Below, in pieces: positions 8,312-17,487 of a DNA stretch of 32,000 nucleotides (its first letter is position 1; each line of letters opens with the position of its first letter). The stretch spans positions 150,001 to 182,000 of the forward strand of contig NZ_LGHJ01000010.1 in NCBI RefSeq assembly GCF_001306055.1, in the 5' to 3' direction. The DNA is from Bellilinea caldifistulae (lineage in GTDB: Bacteria; Chloroflexota; Anaerolineae; Anaerolineales; Anaerolineaceae). The translations under genes and the position numbers were made by a program. The notes beneath the pieces were generated by a model, which had not been told where the DNA came from, ran no database searches, and saw nothing but the letters and a program-made list of their open reading frames with translations.

Positions 8312-10438
8312 TCAGGGCTTGATTGGCGGGCGCCAGGCTGCTCCAAAATCAAAGTCCTTGTCGGTTGTCAGGCGGACGAGGTTGGCGCCGTTAATGGTCA
8401 TCAGGTAGATATCGTGGTTGCGGCCATCCGGCCAACCCTCAAAAGCAAGCCAATTGCCATCAGGAGATATGCTTACCTGAGCAACTGGGCCCGGATCGGT
8501 CTGACCACGAGGTGGAATACGGGCTGCCCGGGTGGTAAAGCGGTCCTCGTAGCGTAAGGCAAACAAATTGGGAATGCCGTCCGATTTTAGCTGACTGAAC
8601 AGAATAATCGTTCCATCCGGAACCCATTTCGGCCAAAGGTCATTGACTTCACCGCTCAACGAAAAGCGGTTCTGGAATTGACCGCTGTCGGACATGACCC
8701 AGATTTGTCCATAAACCAATTCCCGAACATAGGCAATTTGGGTACCACTTGGCGACCAGGCCGGTTGCTTTTCGGTATATCGTTCACTGGTCAATTGTTT
8801 CAGGCTGCTATCTAAAAAGTTGTAGAGATAAATATCGGGGTTGCCGGCACGGGTAGAGGTAAATGCAAGTCGGTTACCATCCGGTGACCACGCCGGATCG
8901 TAGTCCGAAGCCGGGCTGGCAGGCAAAGGCAGAGGGATTGGGTCGCTGTTCGTAGTCAGATCAAGCGTGTAGATTTTGGCATTCTCGTACTGATCACGCC
9001 GGCCAGCACATGGCGAGATGAATGCCAGTTTCTGCCCATCGGGTGACCAGGTGGGCTGACAGGCACCGTCCGGCATATTAGTGAGTGGACGCTGCTGAGT
9101 TCCATCAGCATTCATCAGCCAGATTTGCATCACTCCCGTGCGATTGGAAGCAAATGCAATTTGCCCGCTTCCGCCAAACGCGGTGGGTGTAGGGCTGAAG
9201 GTGATGGTGGGAGTGGGAGTCTCGGTAGGTTCGGGTGTGGGGGTTGAAGTTGGAGAGGGGGAAGGGGTCTCAGTGGGTGTGGTTGAAGGGGGTAAAACAA
9301 AACCGATGGGCTGGGTAGTGGCTGCTACACTGATAAACAGGGTCGGGGAAGGCAAAGCGGGGAACAAGGCGCTGCGCAGTGCCATAGGAACCCCCGGTTC
9401 AATGATGAAGAAGATGGTAAGCACACTGGCCAGCAGGAGGGAAACCGGCAGCAAGCCATTATTCCGCCTTCGACGGGCAACCGGTTTAGAGGTGCGCCTT
9501 TTTAACATTGGATCCATCACCGCAATCGGCTGTGATTCGCCCTCTACAGATCGGATGACCTCGCTGGAGGGAAGTAGATTTTCAAGCGGCGGGGGGGTCA
9601 CAGTGATCTGGCTGATCGGCGGACGGTCAATTTCGCTGGCGTTGAGCAGCGCTTGCTTAAATTCCAATGCGCTTTGATAGCGATCTTGCGGATCCACTTC
9701 CAGGGCTTTTTCGATGACAACTGCCAGCTTGCGAGAAGTTTTTGGGGCAAATTCCCGCACAGGGGTCAATTCTGCTTTACCGGTCGCGCGGGACAAGCCA
9801 TCTTCTGGAATTGTGCCGGTAAGACAGGCATACAGGGTCGCACCAAGCGAGTAGATGTCGGTACGGGCGTCGGTCGGGGCTGTGCCGTATTGTTCTGGAG
9901 GGGAGTAGCCGGGTGTCATGGCTCTGGCCCCGGTGGTCGTTTGCTGGTTGCCGCTCATCACCTTTGCCAGGCCAAAATCCACGAGTGCAATTTGTCCTTC
10001 CGGGGTGATTTTGATGTTTCCGGGTTTAATATCGCGATGGATGATGGGGGGCGTACGGGTGTGGAGGTAATGCAGCGCATCACAAATGGCTACCCCAATC
10101 AAGATAACCTCATCTTCCGGCAGGGTTCCTAACCGTTCAATACGCTGGCGTAAATCTTCCCCGTCTATATAATCCATAATCAGGTACTGCCCCTGACCTG
10201 GAATCGTAAAATAATCTCCCACGCGGGGCAGGTTGGGGTGTCTTAAACTGGCGAGGATGTTGGCTTCACGTTGAAACTGGCGGGCATATTCATCCGTCAG
10301 AAACAGATTCTCCTTGACGGCAACCGCAATGCCCAAATTTTCATCCATCGCCTGATAGACGGAACCCATCCCACCCTGACCGAGGATGGAGACGATCCGG
10401 TAGCGGTTATTGAGCAGAGTACCTGGAGCAAGCGGCAT
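8312..10438 (-). CDS. Ser/Thr protein kinase with TM segment, Thr/Pro linker and C-terminal TolB-like (PD40 repeat) beta-propeller
   Basis: Hanks kinase motifs GQGGMGSVY, VAVKEN, HRDIKPGN, DFGLAK and PGYSPPE. One hydrophobic helix (LLPVSLLLASVLTIFFII). Linker TPTETPSPSPTSTPTPEPTETPTPT. Repeated (P)xWSPDGxxLAF units are typical of PD40/TolB propellers. Confidence 0.88.
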   Translation of the reverse strand: MPLAPGTLLNNRYRIVSILGQGGMGSVYQAMDENLGIAVAVKENLFLTDEYARQFQREANILASLRHPNLPRVGDYFTIPGQGQYLIMDYIDGEDLRQRIERLGTLPEDEVILIGVAICDALHYLHTRTPPIIHRDIKPGNIKITPEGQIALVDFGLAKVMSGNQQTTTGARAMTPGYSPPEQYGTAPTDARTDIYSLGATLYACLTGTIPEDGLSRATGKAELTPVREFAPKTSRKLAVVIEKALEVDPQDRYQSALEFKQALLNASEIDRPPISQITVTPPPLENLLPSSEVIRSVEGESQPIAVMDPMLKRRTSKPVARRRRNNGLLPVSLLLASVLTIFFIIEPGVPMALRSALFPALPSPTLFISVAATTQPIGFVLPPSTTPTETPSPSPTSTPTPEPTETPTPTITFSPTPTAFGGSGQIAFASNRTGVMQIWLMNADGTQQRPLTNMPDGACQPTWSPDGQKLAFISPCAGRRDQYENAKIYTLDLTTNSDPIPLPLPASPASDYDPAWSPDGNRLAFTSTRAGNPDIYLYNFLDSSLKQLTSERYTEKQPAWSPSGTQIAYVRELVYGQIWVMSDSGQFQNRFSLSGEVNDLWPKWVPDGTIILFSQLKSDGIPNLFALRYEDRFTTRAARIPPRGQTDPGPVAQVSISPDGNWLAFEGWPDGRNHDIYLMTINGANLVRLTTDKDFDFGAAWRPPIKP

Positions 10439-10513
10439 TAATGTTTATTCTACCTAAATTAAAAATCGGCGACAACGAATTCAGGGATGGGTTTTCATAA
10501 ATGAAAGGTGAGT

Positions 10514-10543
10514 TTGTTGGGCGGGTTACAGTCATGCTATAAT
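10514..10543 (+). promoter_or_regulatory. Putative sigma70-type promoter for 10578 gene (TTGTTG - 18 nt - TGcTATAAT, extended -10)
   Basis: TATAAT at 10538-10543 is preceded by TGc. TTGTTG lies at 10514-10519. The site sits in the divergent intergenic region about 35 nt upstream of the ATG. Confidence 0.45.
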
Positions 10544-10577
10544 CACCGGTAGTGGCTCTGCCGAACAGGAATTCACC

Positions 10578-11570
10578 ATGAATCTGGACATTCGCACCGC
10601 TGTTCAAACCACTTTTCTTCTTTTGCTGCTGGGTGTACTGATCAGCATCTTTACCGGTGTACGTACCATTCAATCCGGTAAACGACTCTTATACTTCCGC
10701 AAGCGTCGCGAAATGGTTTCGCGTGGCTGGCGGTTTATCTTCACGGCAGTATTGCTCGGTGGATTTGCCTTCGCAGTCAACCGTTACGCCGAACCGGTGG
10801 CTTACCAGATCTTTCCGCCTTCGCCGACAATTACTTTGACGCCTACGATTACCCTCACACCGACGATCTCTCTTACCCCAACCATTACTTTGACGCCGAC
10901 CCTCACCGAAACCCCGTTGGAATCACCAACCCCGATTCTGCCGGATGCAATTGCAGCCCAAATCGAAACGACCATTACCCCAAATCCGGAGGCGGTTTTC
11001 AGCCGGGTGGTCATTGCCAAACAGATTGATAAGGATTTTCAACCGGTCAATCCGCAAACCGAATTCCAAAATCCCGTGGGAAAGTTATATGCCACGTTCA
11101 GCTATGACAAAATGACAACTGGTGGGCAGTGGTCGGTCCTGTGGGTGCGAATGACCGATAATAAAATCTTGTGTTTTCTGACCGAACCATGGACAGGCAG
11201 TACTGGTGGTTATGGATATTCAGAATGTGAACCGCCTGCTGGCGAATGGCTGCCGGGAGATTATGAAGTCCAGATTTTTGTCGGTTTACAGTGGAAATCG
11301 TTTGGCAGGTTTACCGTGGTGGGTGAACCGCCCACACCAACTGCGACCGCCACACCCTCGCGAACCCCTTCCCCAACACCTACGGCAAGCGGGACACCAA
11401 CCCCGACCTTTACCCGTACCATTACCTTGACTCTGACCCCCACCCAAACCCGTACGGTTACTTTAACCCCTACTGCGTCACGGACACCGACCATCACCAT
11501 GACGCCAACTGTAACGCGAACACCGCGTCCCACCGACACACGCTGGCCAACTTACACGCCGGTCAGATAA
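10578..11570 (+). CDS. Membrane-anchored hypothetical protein with Thr/Pro repeat linkers flanking a globular domain
   Basis: Two N-terminal hydrophobic helices. [30 protein letters not shown] repeat, a globular core of about 130 aa ([11 protein letters not shown]...[10 protein letters not shown]), then a long TPT/TRT-rich C-terminal tail. No family recognised. Confidence 0.6.
   Translation: MNLDIRTAVQTTFLLLLLGVLISIFTGVRTIQSGKRLLYFRKRREMVSRGWRFIFTAVLLGGFAFAVNRYAEPVAYQIFPPSPTITLTPTITLTPTISLTPTITLTPTLTETPLESPTPILPDAIAAQIETTITPNPEAVFSRVVIAKQIDKDFQPVNPQTEFQNPVGKLYATFSYDKMTTGGQWSVLWVRMTDNKILCFLTEPWTGSTGGYGYSECEPPAGEWLPGDYEVQIFVGLQWKSFGRFTVVGEPPTPTATATPSRTPSPTPTASGTPTPTFTRTITLTLTPTQTRTVTLTPTASRTPTITMTPTVTRTPRPTDTRWPTYTPVR
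10827..10916 (+). repeat. Imperfect 18-nt tandem repeat (about 5 units) encoding (T-I-T-L-T-P)n
   Basis: The units aca att act ttg acg cct / acg att acc ctc aca ccg / acg atc tct ctt acc cca / acc att act ttg acg ccg / acc ctc acc gaa acc ccg can be read directly. They lie in frame within the 10578 CDS. Confidence 0.7.
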
Positions 11571-11577
11571 TTGCAGG

Positions 11578-12510
11578 CTAAACCCGGGGTGCGGGGTTGC
11601 TCATTTCCGAAAGAGACCGGGCAATCTCTGCTGCCAGACGGCCATTGTTCAACAACAGTGCCAGATTAGCCTGCATACTGGCCCCGCCCGTGAGTTGATT
11701 GACTTTTTCCAGCAAATAGGGAGTTACAGCCGACCCACGAATGCCCAATTGTTCCGCTTCCTGCACGGCTTGGTGGATGATGTTTTCGATTGCATCTGCT
11801 GGAAGGGCTTTTTCAGCAGGCGGAGGATTTGCTACCAGGATGGCAGAATGAACGCCGGCTCCCCAATGAGCCAGCGCTACCTGAGCAATTTCTGCGGCGT
11901 TCTGGCAGACAAGGTTGACCTTCAGGCCGGATTTTCGGGAGTAGAAGGCCGGGAATTCATCACTTTGGTAACCAATTACTGGCACACCAAAGGTTTCCAG
12001 CACTTCCAGCGTGGCGGGCAAGTCAAGAATGGCTTTCGCTCCAGCGCAAACCACAATCAGTGGCGTGATGCTCAATTCGTGAAGGTCAGCCGAAACATCG
12101 AAAGGGGCGTTGCGGTGCACGCCCCCAATGCCTCCGGTGGCAAATACCCGAATACCCGCCTGATGAGCGGCAAAAAGTGTCCCGGCAACCGTTGTTCCAC
12201 CGGATTCGCCGCGCGCCAGGGCAATTCCAAAATCTCGGCGGCTGATTTTTCGGACATGCTTCATTTTTGCAAGCCGTTCGATTTCGGGGGCGGTTAAACC
12301 GACCCGAATTTTTCCATCTAACACGGCAATCGTGGCCGGTTCGGCGTTTTGGAGGCGGATGGTCTCTTCCATGTGGAGTGCCAGTTGCTGATTGTGGGGG
12401 TAGGGTAATCCGTGCGTGATCACCGCCGATTCCAGCGCAACAACTGGTTTGCCGGAAAAGAGGGCTTTTCGAACGGGGTTCGCAATTTCAAGGAAGTTGG
12501 CGGAGTTCAT
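11578..12510 (-). CDS. psuG: Pseudouridine-5'-phosphate glycosidase
   Basis: GKPVVALESAVITHGLPYPHN...GGTTVAGT...ATGGIGGVHR...DVSADL is the IndA/PsuG family pattern. It sits directly downstream of a PfkB kinase, the canonical psuK-psuG pair. Confidence 0.88.
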   Translation of the reverse strand: MNSANFLEIANPVRKALFSGKPVVALESAVITHGLPYPHNQQLALHMEETIRLQNAEPATIAVLDGKIRVGLTAPEIERLAKMKHVRKISRRDFGIALARGESGGTTVAGTLFAAHQAGIRVFATGGIGGVHRNAPFDVSADLHELSITPLIVVCAGAKAILDLPATLEVLETFGVPVIGYQSDEFPAFYSRKSGLKVNLVCQNAAEIAQVALAHWGAGVHSAILVANPPPAEKALPADAIENIIHQAVQEAEQLGIRGSAVTPYLLEKVNQLTGGASMQANLALLLNNGRLAAEIARSLSEMSNPAPRV

Positions 12511-13461
12511 TTAGATGATCAATCGGTCGTACAGAAGTTCCAGTGACAGGTTGGGGACGACCGCACCGGTATGCGTCAGCGTCAGAGAAGCGGCGGTAAC
12601 CCCCAGGCGGACCGCTTCGTCAATATCCATGTCGTTCAAAATACCAAAGAGGGTTGTGGCGGTCAGAGCATCCCCTGCGCCAATGCTATCAACAATCCGG
12701 GTTAATACCGCTGGAATGTGCCCGGAGGTTTGCGAAGTGGCATAACAAACGCCACCTTCTCCAATGGGAATCACGGCAATTTCGACGCCTAAACGAACGA
12801 ACTCACGGGCGGCGGCTAATGCGCTGGACACGTCATTCACCACAATCCGGTTATACAAGAGAGCCGAGGCTTCGCTGCGATTGGCATTCAGCAGAAAGAG
12901 CCGTGAAAGATGATTTTCGAAGCGTTTTGCCAGCGGCGTGGAGGTGGCATCCGCACAAACCGGAATGTTGTGACGTTTTGCCAGTGAAAAAACTGTCCTG
13001 AGGGTGGCCGGGGCAAGATTGGCATCCACAAAGACGAGGGCAGATTTGGCGAATAAATCTGCTAAGGAACGCAGGTAAGCCGACGAAATATGACGGAGAA
13101 TGGACATGTCGTCCAATCCGTAGTAAAGATTTCCGTTTTCGTCCAGAATTGCGATGTACGCTGCGGTGCTGGCATCGCTGACTTGCAAACAGTGACTGAC
13201 TTCAACACCAGCGGATGCGGTATGCTGGAGAAGTTGTGAACCAAGATCGTCTTTGCCGACTGCCGATATCAGCGTAACCGGTTGGCCTAAACGGGCAAGA
13301 TTTTCCGCCACGTTGCGGGCGACGCCCCCAAAGGATGTGCGGACGTGGGCTGGGTTGGAAGTACCGGGTTCGGGTACACCGATGGGCTGGCCTAACACAT
13401 CCAGACTGGCGGCTCCAATGATAAGTACCCGTTTATCGGGATGCAAACTGTCCAGGTACAT
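12511..13461 (-). CDS. psuK: PfkB-family carbohydrate kinase, probable pseudouridine kinase
   Basis: VLIIGAASLDVLG, GGVARNVAENLARLG and C-terminal DSIGAGDALTA (PfkB signature). Its stop abuts the psuG start with no intergenic base. Confidence 0.75.
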   Translation of the reverse strand: MYLDSLHPDKRVLIIGAASLDVLGQPIGVPEPGTSNPAHVRTSFGGVARNVAENLARLGQPVTLISAVGKDDLGSQLLQHTASAGVEVSHCLQVSDASTAAYIAILDENGNLYYGLDDMSILRHISSAYLRSLADLFAKSALVFVDANLAPATLRTVFSLAKRHNIPVCADATSTPLAKRFENHLSRLFLLNANRSEASALLYNRIVVNDVSSALAAAREFVRLGVEIAVIPIGEGGVCYATSQTSGHIPAVLTRIVDSIGAGDALTATTLFGILNDMDIDEAVRLGVTAASLTLTHTGAVVPNLSLELLYDRLII

Positions 13462-13533
13462 ACGGAATTTGTCCTTTTCGGCTGGCGAGATGGGATGGAT
13501 TATTTTTTATTCTACCAGACAATCTTCGCCTTC

Positions 13534-15066
13534 TCACAGAAAAGTTGCTCCGCTGCCGGAAAGATAATTTTCCAAAGCGGTGTGAAGGCATTGTCTGGCT
13601 GTGAGCAATCTGGAGGGAATGGCTTTACCCTGGGCGGTCATCTCGGCAATGATTTTGCTGACCTGGATTTCAAAATAGCGGACTATCTCGTAGTAAATCT
13701 GGTCGGGCTGGTAACCCTGTTGGGTGAGTTGAGCAATGGAGAGGAAAATATCCTGCTGGATAATTCGCTGATAGGTTTGTAAGCGGGCCTGATTACGGAT
13801 TTCTTCCAGGACACGCGGGCTGGAACGGGTCATGTTTTCGCTGGTCAAACGCCAGGCCTCAATGTGTTGATCCAGTAGAATCGGGTGGGTTGTGTTCCAT
13901 GTGCCCACGTTAATCCATTCCAGCCGTAATCCGCGTTGACGGGCTGCCAGCGGGAATTCCTGAGTAAAACTTTTGAAAAAGTTACTCAATTGCGGGCGGG
14001 GAATAAAGGAGGGGGGCGTCAGCGGTTGAGGCATTTGGGGGGAGTAAATGAAACGCAGGGGGCGGCGCAACGGTTGGCCATAAGCCAACCGGTGGATGGT
14101 GCTTTCCAGGGCAACCTGTCGGCGGATTTCGGGTTCTCCAACGGCCGAGAGAATCTCGCTCATCGTGTGATCCTGGATAAAGCGCAATAAATGATCTTCA
14201 ACCAGTTCGGTCATTGCGTGGGTCCAATGTTCCCCCACCTGTTGATAGGTGAGCCAGTAGAGATCACGCAGATGTGCCGGGTAAGGATTGTTCAGGGGAG
14301 TGTTTCCACTTTGTCGCCAGATGCTGAACAGCAGGTTGACATCCTGAATTTCGATTTTGATGCCATCCTTTGTCCGTCCGATGATTTTCTCATAATGAAA
14401 GGTATGATCGCGCACGTCAATGATGCGGCGCAGCCGTTCGAAGCCCTGCAAGGTGCGATCTTTTTTACTCATCCCGGCACGGATGAAATGAGGATTACCG
14501 TCCAATCGCTCGAAGATCACCGCAAATTCCGGATTGGGTTTTACGATCCCCGGCCCGCCGATTTGGATGAAAGGCGATTTGCGCTGCTCGGCCGATAATT
14601 TTTCCTCTTTTATCTCAAGAGTCTGATATTTGGGAATGGCAAATGCAGATTGAAGGATGAAACGGCGTGAAACAGAGGTATTGGCAATTTCATAAATATC
14701 GGCCTGGTATAGAGCGGCAAATTCCAACGCCAGCAAGAATGGCAGACCAATTGCCGCAGTCATCAATAAAACATCCAGTGAAAAGAAGGTGTTCCCCAAT
14801 GCCGAAAACAAATATTGAATCGGCGTCAAATCGCGGGGTACCACTGCCGGCACCAGCAAGCCTAGAAGCGCCGTTCCCAGTTGACCAATTGGATGACGGG
14901 CGGCCGTGTAGAAAAGAATGGTGGCGAAAAAAAGGATCGCCACGAACAGCCCGCGCAGGGTGGAGGTGGTTTGATCGAGTTGCAGTGTACGGCTGATCAG
15001 CCGTTCAAACCAACGCTGAATTTGGTCAAAGGAAAAGTCAAACGATGAGCGGGAAGATGACGTCAT
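13534..15066 (-). CDS. Polytopic membrane protein with divergent SPFH(band-7)-like core, unknown function
   Basis: 3-4 N-terminal hydrophobic helices. The segment IGGPGIVKPNPEFAVIFERLDG...IIDVRDHTFHYEKIIGRTKDGIKIEIQDVNLLFSI follows the SPFH beta-strand pattern (GPG..v.p.e.av..r...; vDvR; TKDG..i.i...v.f.I). The start ATG overlaps the upstream gene's stop (ATGA at 15063-15066). Confidence 0.6.
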   Translation of the reverse strand: MTSSSRSSFDFSFDQIQRWFERLISRTLQLDQTTSTLRGLFVAILFFATILFYTAARHPIGQLGTALLGLLVPAVVPRDLTPIQYLFSALGNTFFSLDVLLMTAAIGLPFLLALEFAALYQADIYEIANTSVSRRFILQSAFAIPKYQTLEIKEEKLSAEQRKSPFIQIGGPGIVKPNPEFAVIFERLDGNPHFIRAGMSKKDRTLQGFERLRRIIDVRDHTFHYEKIIGRTKDGIKIEIQDVNLLFSIWRQSGNTPLNNPYPAHLRDLYWLTYQQVGEHWTHAMTELVEDHLLRFIQDHTMSEILSAVGEPEIRRQVALESTIHRLAYGQPLRRPLRFIYSPQMPQPLTPPSFIPRPQLSNFFKSFTQEFPLAARQRGLRLEWINVGTWNTTHPILLDQHIEAWRLTSENMTRSSPRVLEEIRNQARLQTYQRIIQQDIFLSIAQLTQQGYQPDQIYYEIVRYFEIQVSKIIAEMTAQGKAIPSRLLTARQCLHTALENYLSGSGATFL

Positions 15067-16427
15067 GGGTTGTCTTCTGGGGTGGACATTTCTACCAGTT
15101 GGGTTAATTGCTCAATTTCCTGCTGCATTCTGGTTTGTGCCTGCGGGTTTCGTTCAAGGATGGTTCGAATGGAGTGCATAATGGTATGGAAAGTCCGTTT
15201 GACCGAAAGTACCTGTCCGGAACAGGTTTCTGCCAGAGGTGAAACTGCTTCGCTAAAAAAGTTGCGTACGGCCTGTTCCTGACTCTCGCGGGTGATGTAC
15301 TGCCGCTGGGTTTCGATCATTTCTTTTTCTTTTCTTGCCTGATTGAGCCAGGAGGTCTGCCAGCGTTTGATCAGGTCTTTTTCCACTTCTTCCGGCATTT
15401 CCAGATCGCGGATTTCCACTTTCAGAACGCGGATGCCGCGTTCCTGTAACATTTGATACTCCAGCGAGGGAACCTGTTGACCGGTTGGTTTTCCGAATAG
15501 ATCCAATTCGTCTGCCAGAGGTTGAGTTAACCTCTGGTGAATGATGGAGTGGATGGTTTGCAGGGCAGTGGGTTGATCAGTGCGGCTATGGAATAATTCA
15601 TCCAGCCGGAAACGGGAGAGGGTTTCTTTCCATATGTCTGCTGCCAGGCGGGGAGGCAGCCAGCGCCAGTCATTCAATCGGTCAGGGGTGTCTTCCGGAA
15701 GGTTGGCATCTACATTGCGGCGCAAGATGGCCTTCTCCACCGAAGAAGGCCGATACCCGTACTGACTCCCGCCTTCTCCTGGCTGGGCGTCAATTTTGAA
15801 GTGAACGATTATTTTGGGAACAAGCTCGATGTTATCACGCGTCAAGGCGCGAGTCTCCATGCGCTGTCGCTGTTGAACTTCCAGGCGGGCCGGTTGATCA
15901 TCGCTTATCCCTGTCGGTGATCCTGCCGAGAGAAACGGCCCGATTTTCCCTTTCTGAATGCGTAAATCCACAACGGCTTTATCGCCTTCCAGATATTCTT
16001 TCCGCTCTGTGAAAGTAATACCCGGGCCGATGGCACGATTGAAACGGTCGTCTTTTCTCAAAACCGCCGCGCTTGCGCTGTCTAAAATTACCACGCCCGG
16101 CCCTTCTTTTTTGATTTCTCCCTTACGCTGCCGGATTTTGCCGTTTTCGATGAAAATAGCCGGGCCGTGTCCTCCCTGAATGTACAAAAGCAGTCGCTGG
16201 TAAATGCGCCAGCGGTCTTCCAGTTTGCGGACAGGCAGGACGAATTGAGAGAAGAAAAAAAGCCAGAAAAACAGACCCAGCAGACAGATCACACCGGATA
16301 AAAAAAGCTGCCCAAACCCGGCCACAAAACCGCCCGGTACCCGGCTGATATACCAGATGGCTAATATGCCGGTCAGGGTAAGGGAAATCAGGATCACTCG
16401 GTAGCGGGAACGGAATAATGCTCGCAT
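15063..16427 (-). CDS. Membrane-anchored SPFH(band-7/HflK/flotillin)-like protein with C-terminal coiled coil
   Basis: Two N-terminal TM helices. GPGVVILDSASAAVLRKDDRFNRAIGPGITFTE...VVDLRIQ...ALTRDNIELVPKIIVHFKID fits the SPFH pattern. The Glu/Lys/Gln-rich helical C-terminus (EVEKDLIKRWQTSWLNQARKEKEMIETQRQ) fits the usual coiled-coil extension. Confidence 0.6.
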   Translation of the reverse strand: MRALFRSRYRVILISLTLTGILAIWYISRVPGGFVAGFGQLFLSGVICLLGLFFWLFFFSQFVLPVRKLEDRWRIYQRLLLYIQGGHGPAIFIENGKIRQRKGEIKKEGPGVVILDSASAAVLRKDDRFNRAIGPGITFTERKEYLEGDKAVVDLRIQKGKIGPFLSAGSPTGISDDQPARLEVQQRQRMETRALTRDNIELVPKIIVHFKIDAQPGEGGSQYGYRPSSVEKAILRRNVDANLPEDTPDRLNDWRWLPPRLAADIWKETLSRFRLDELFHSRTDQPTALQTIHSIIHQRLTQPLADELDLFGKPTGQQVPSLEYQMLQERGIRVLKVEIRDLEMPEEVEKDLIKRWQTSWLNQARKEKEMIETQRQYITRESQEQAVRNFFSEAVSPLAETCSGQVLSVKRTFHTIMHSIRTILERNPQAQTRMQQEIEQLTQLVEMSTPEDNP

Positions 16428-16522
16428 ATAAACCCTGCCTGTAATTCATTTTATATCACAAACCAATTTTCGGTATGATAGAATCAAACGGAAATCGGAT
16501 TGCTCGAAACAGGAATGAGGAG

Positions 16523-17482
16523 ATGCTGCGTTCATTGTTTATCACCCTTTCCAAAGCTTATTGGGCGCAGCGCTGGATTACCGGTTGGGCGCTGGCCTGG
16601 CGAGTGGCTTCCCGCTTTATCGCCGGCGAAACGGTGGAACAAGCCATCCGTGCTGTTCAGGTGCTTAACCAGCAGGGGTTGCTGGCAACACTGGATCAAC
16701 TGGGCGAAAATACCCAAACGGCTCAGGATGCCGAAGTGGCTGCCCAGGGGATTTTAAATTTACTTGATGAAATTGAGCGCACCGGCGTTCAGGCAAACGT
16801 TTCGGTCAAATTGAGCCAACTGGGATTGGTGGTTGACCCGCCACTGGCTGAGAAACACATCCGACGCATTGTGGAAAAAGCCCGTCAGACGAATAACTTT
16901 ATTCGGGTGGACATGGAAGACTCCAGTTTGACCGACTCAACCCTGGACATTGTCTCCGCTCTGCATGAGGAGGGGTTAACCAACGTCGGTACGGTGATTC
17001 AATCCTATCTCTATCGCAGCGTCGAAGATACCCGCCGCCTGATCGAGCAAGGTGTAAAAATTCGGCTGGTCAAGGGGGCTTATCAGGAGCCACCCCATCT
17101 GGCTTATCCGCGGAAAAGGGATGTGGATGCGGCATTTGACCGGCTGAGTGACCTGTTGATTGAAGCCTCTTTGGGTTTGGAGTACTCCCGCGCAACGGCC
17201 AGCGGGCGCTTTCCACCGCTGGCTGCCATTGCGACTCATGACGAGAAGCGCATCGAATATGCCATTCAAACCGCCAAACGCTACGGCTTGCCGGTTGAAC
17301 GTCTGGAATTTCAGATGTTGTACGGGATACGCCGGGATTTACAGGTAGAATTGGCTAAACAGGGCTACCCGGTGAGGATTTACGTGCCATTTGGTACCCA
17401 CTGGTATCCTTATTTTATGCGCCGGCTGGCAGAAAGACCGGCAAACTTGTGGTTTTTCGTTTCCAACCTCTTTCAGCGGTAA
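16523..17482 (+). CDS. Proline dehydrogenase (monofunctional PutA-domain type)
   Basis: FIAGETVEQAI...LDQLGE...VSVKLSQLG...IRVDMEDS...IRLVKGAYQEP...IATHDEK...FQMLYGIR...YVPFG..WYPYFMRRLAERPANLWFF is the family pattern through the C-terminus. ATG 16523 (MLRSLF...) has an AGGA/GAGGAG purine tract just upstream. The ORF is open from ATG 16475. Confidence 0.85.
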   Translation: MLRSLFITLSKAYWAQRWITGWALAWRVASRFIAGETVEQAIRAVQVLNQQGLLATLDQLGENTQTAQDAEVAAQGILNLLDEIERTGVQANVSVKLSQLGLVVDPPLAEKHIRRIVEKARQTNNFIRVDMEDSSLTDSTLDIVSALHEEGLTNVGTVIQSYLYRSVEDTRRLIEQGVKIRLVKGAYQEPPHLAYPRKRDVDAAFDRLSDLLIEASLGLEYSRATASGRFPPLAAIATHDEKRIEYAIQTAKRYGLPVERLEFQMLYGIRRDLQVELAKQGYPVRIYVPFGTHWYPYFMRRLAERPANLWFFVSNLFQR

Positions 17483-17487
17483 TTTTC

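Noticed and set aside
9138-10132. Plus-strand ORFs (179 and 159 aa) opposite the kinase gene, and minus-strand ORFs at 10802-11020 and 11261-11539
   Set aside because: These are mirror-frame artefacts of Thr/Pro repeat DNA and of the kinase coding frame, giving Gly/Val-rich repeats such as VGVGVSVGSGVGVEVGEGEGV. The kinase and the 10578 gene account for the sequence.
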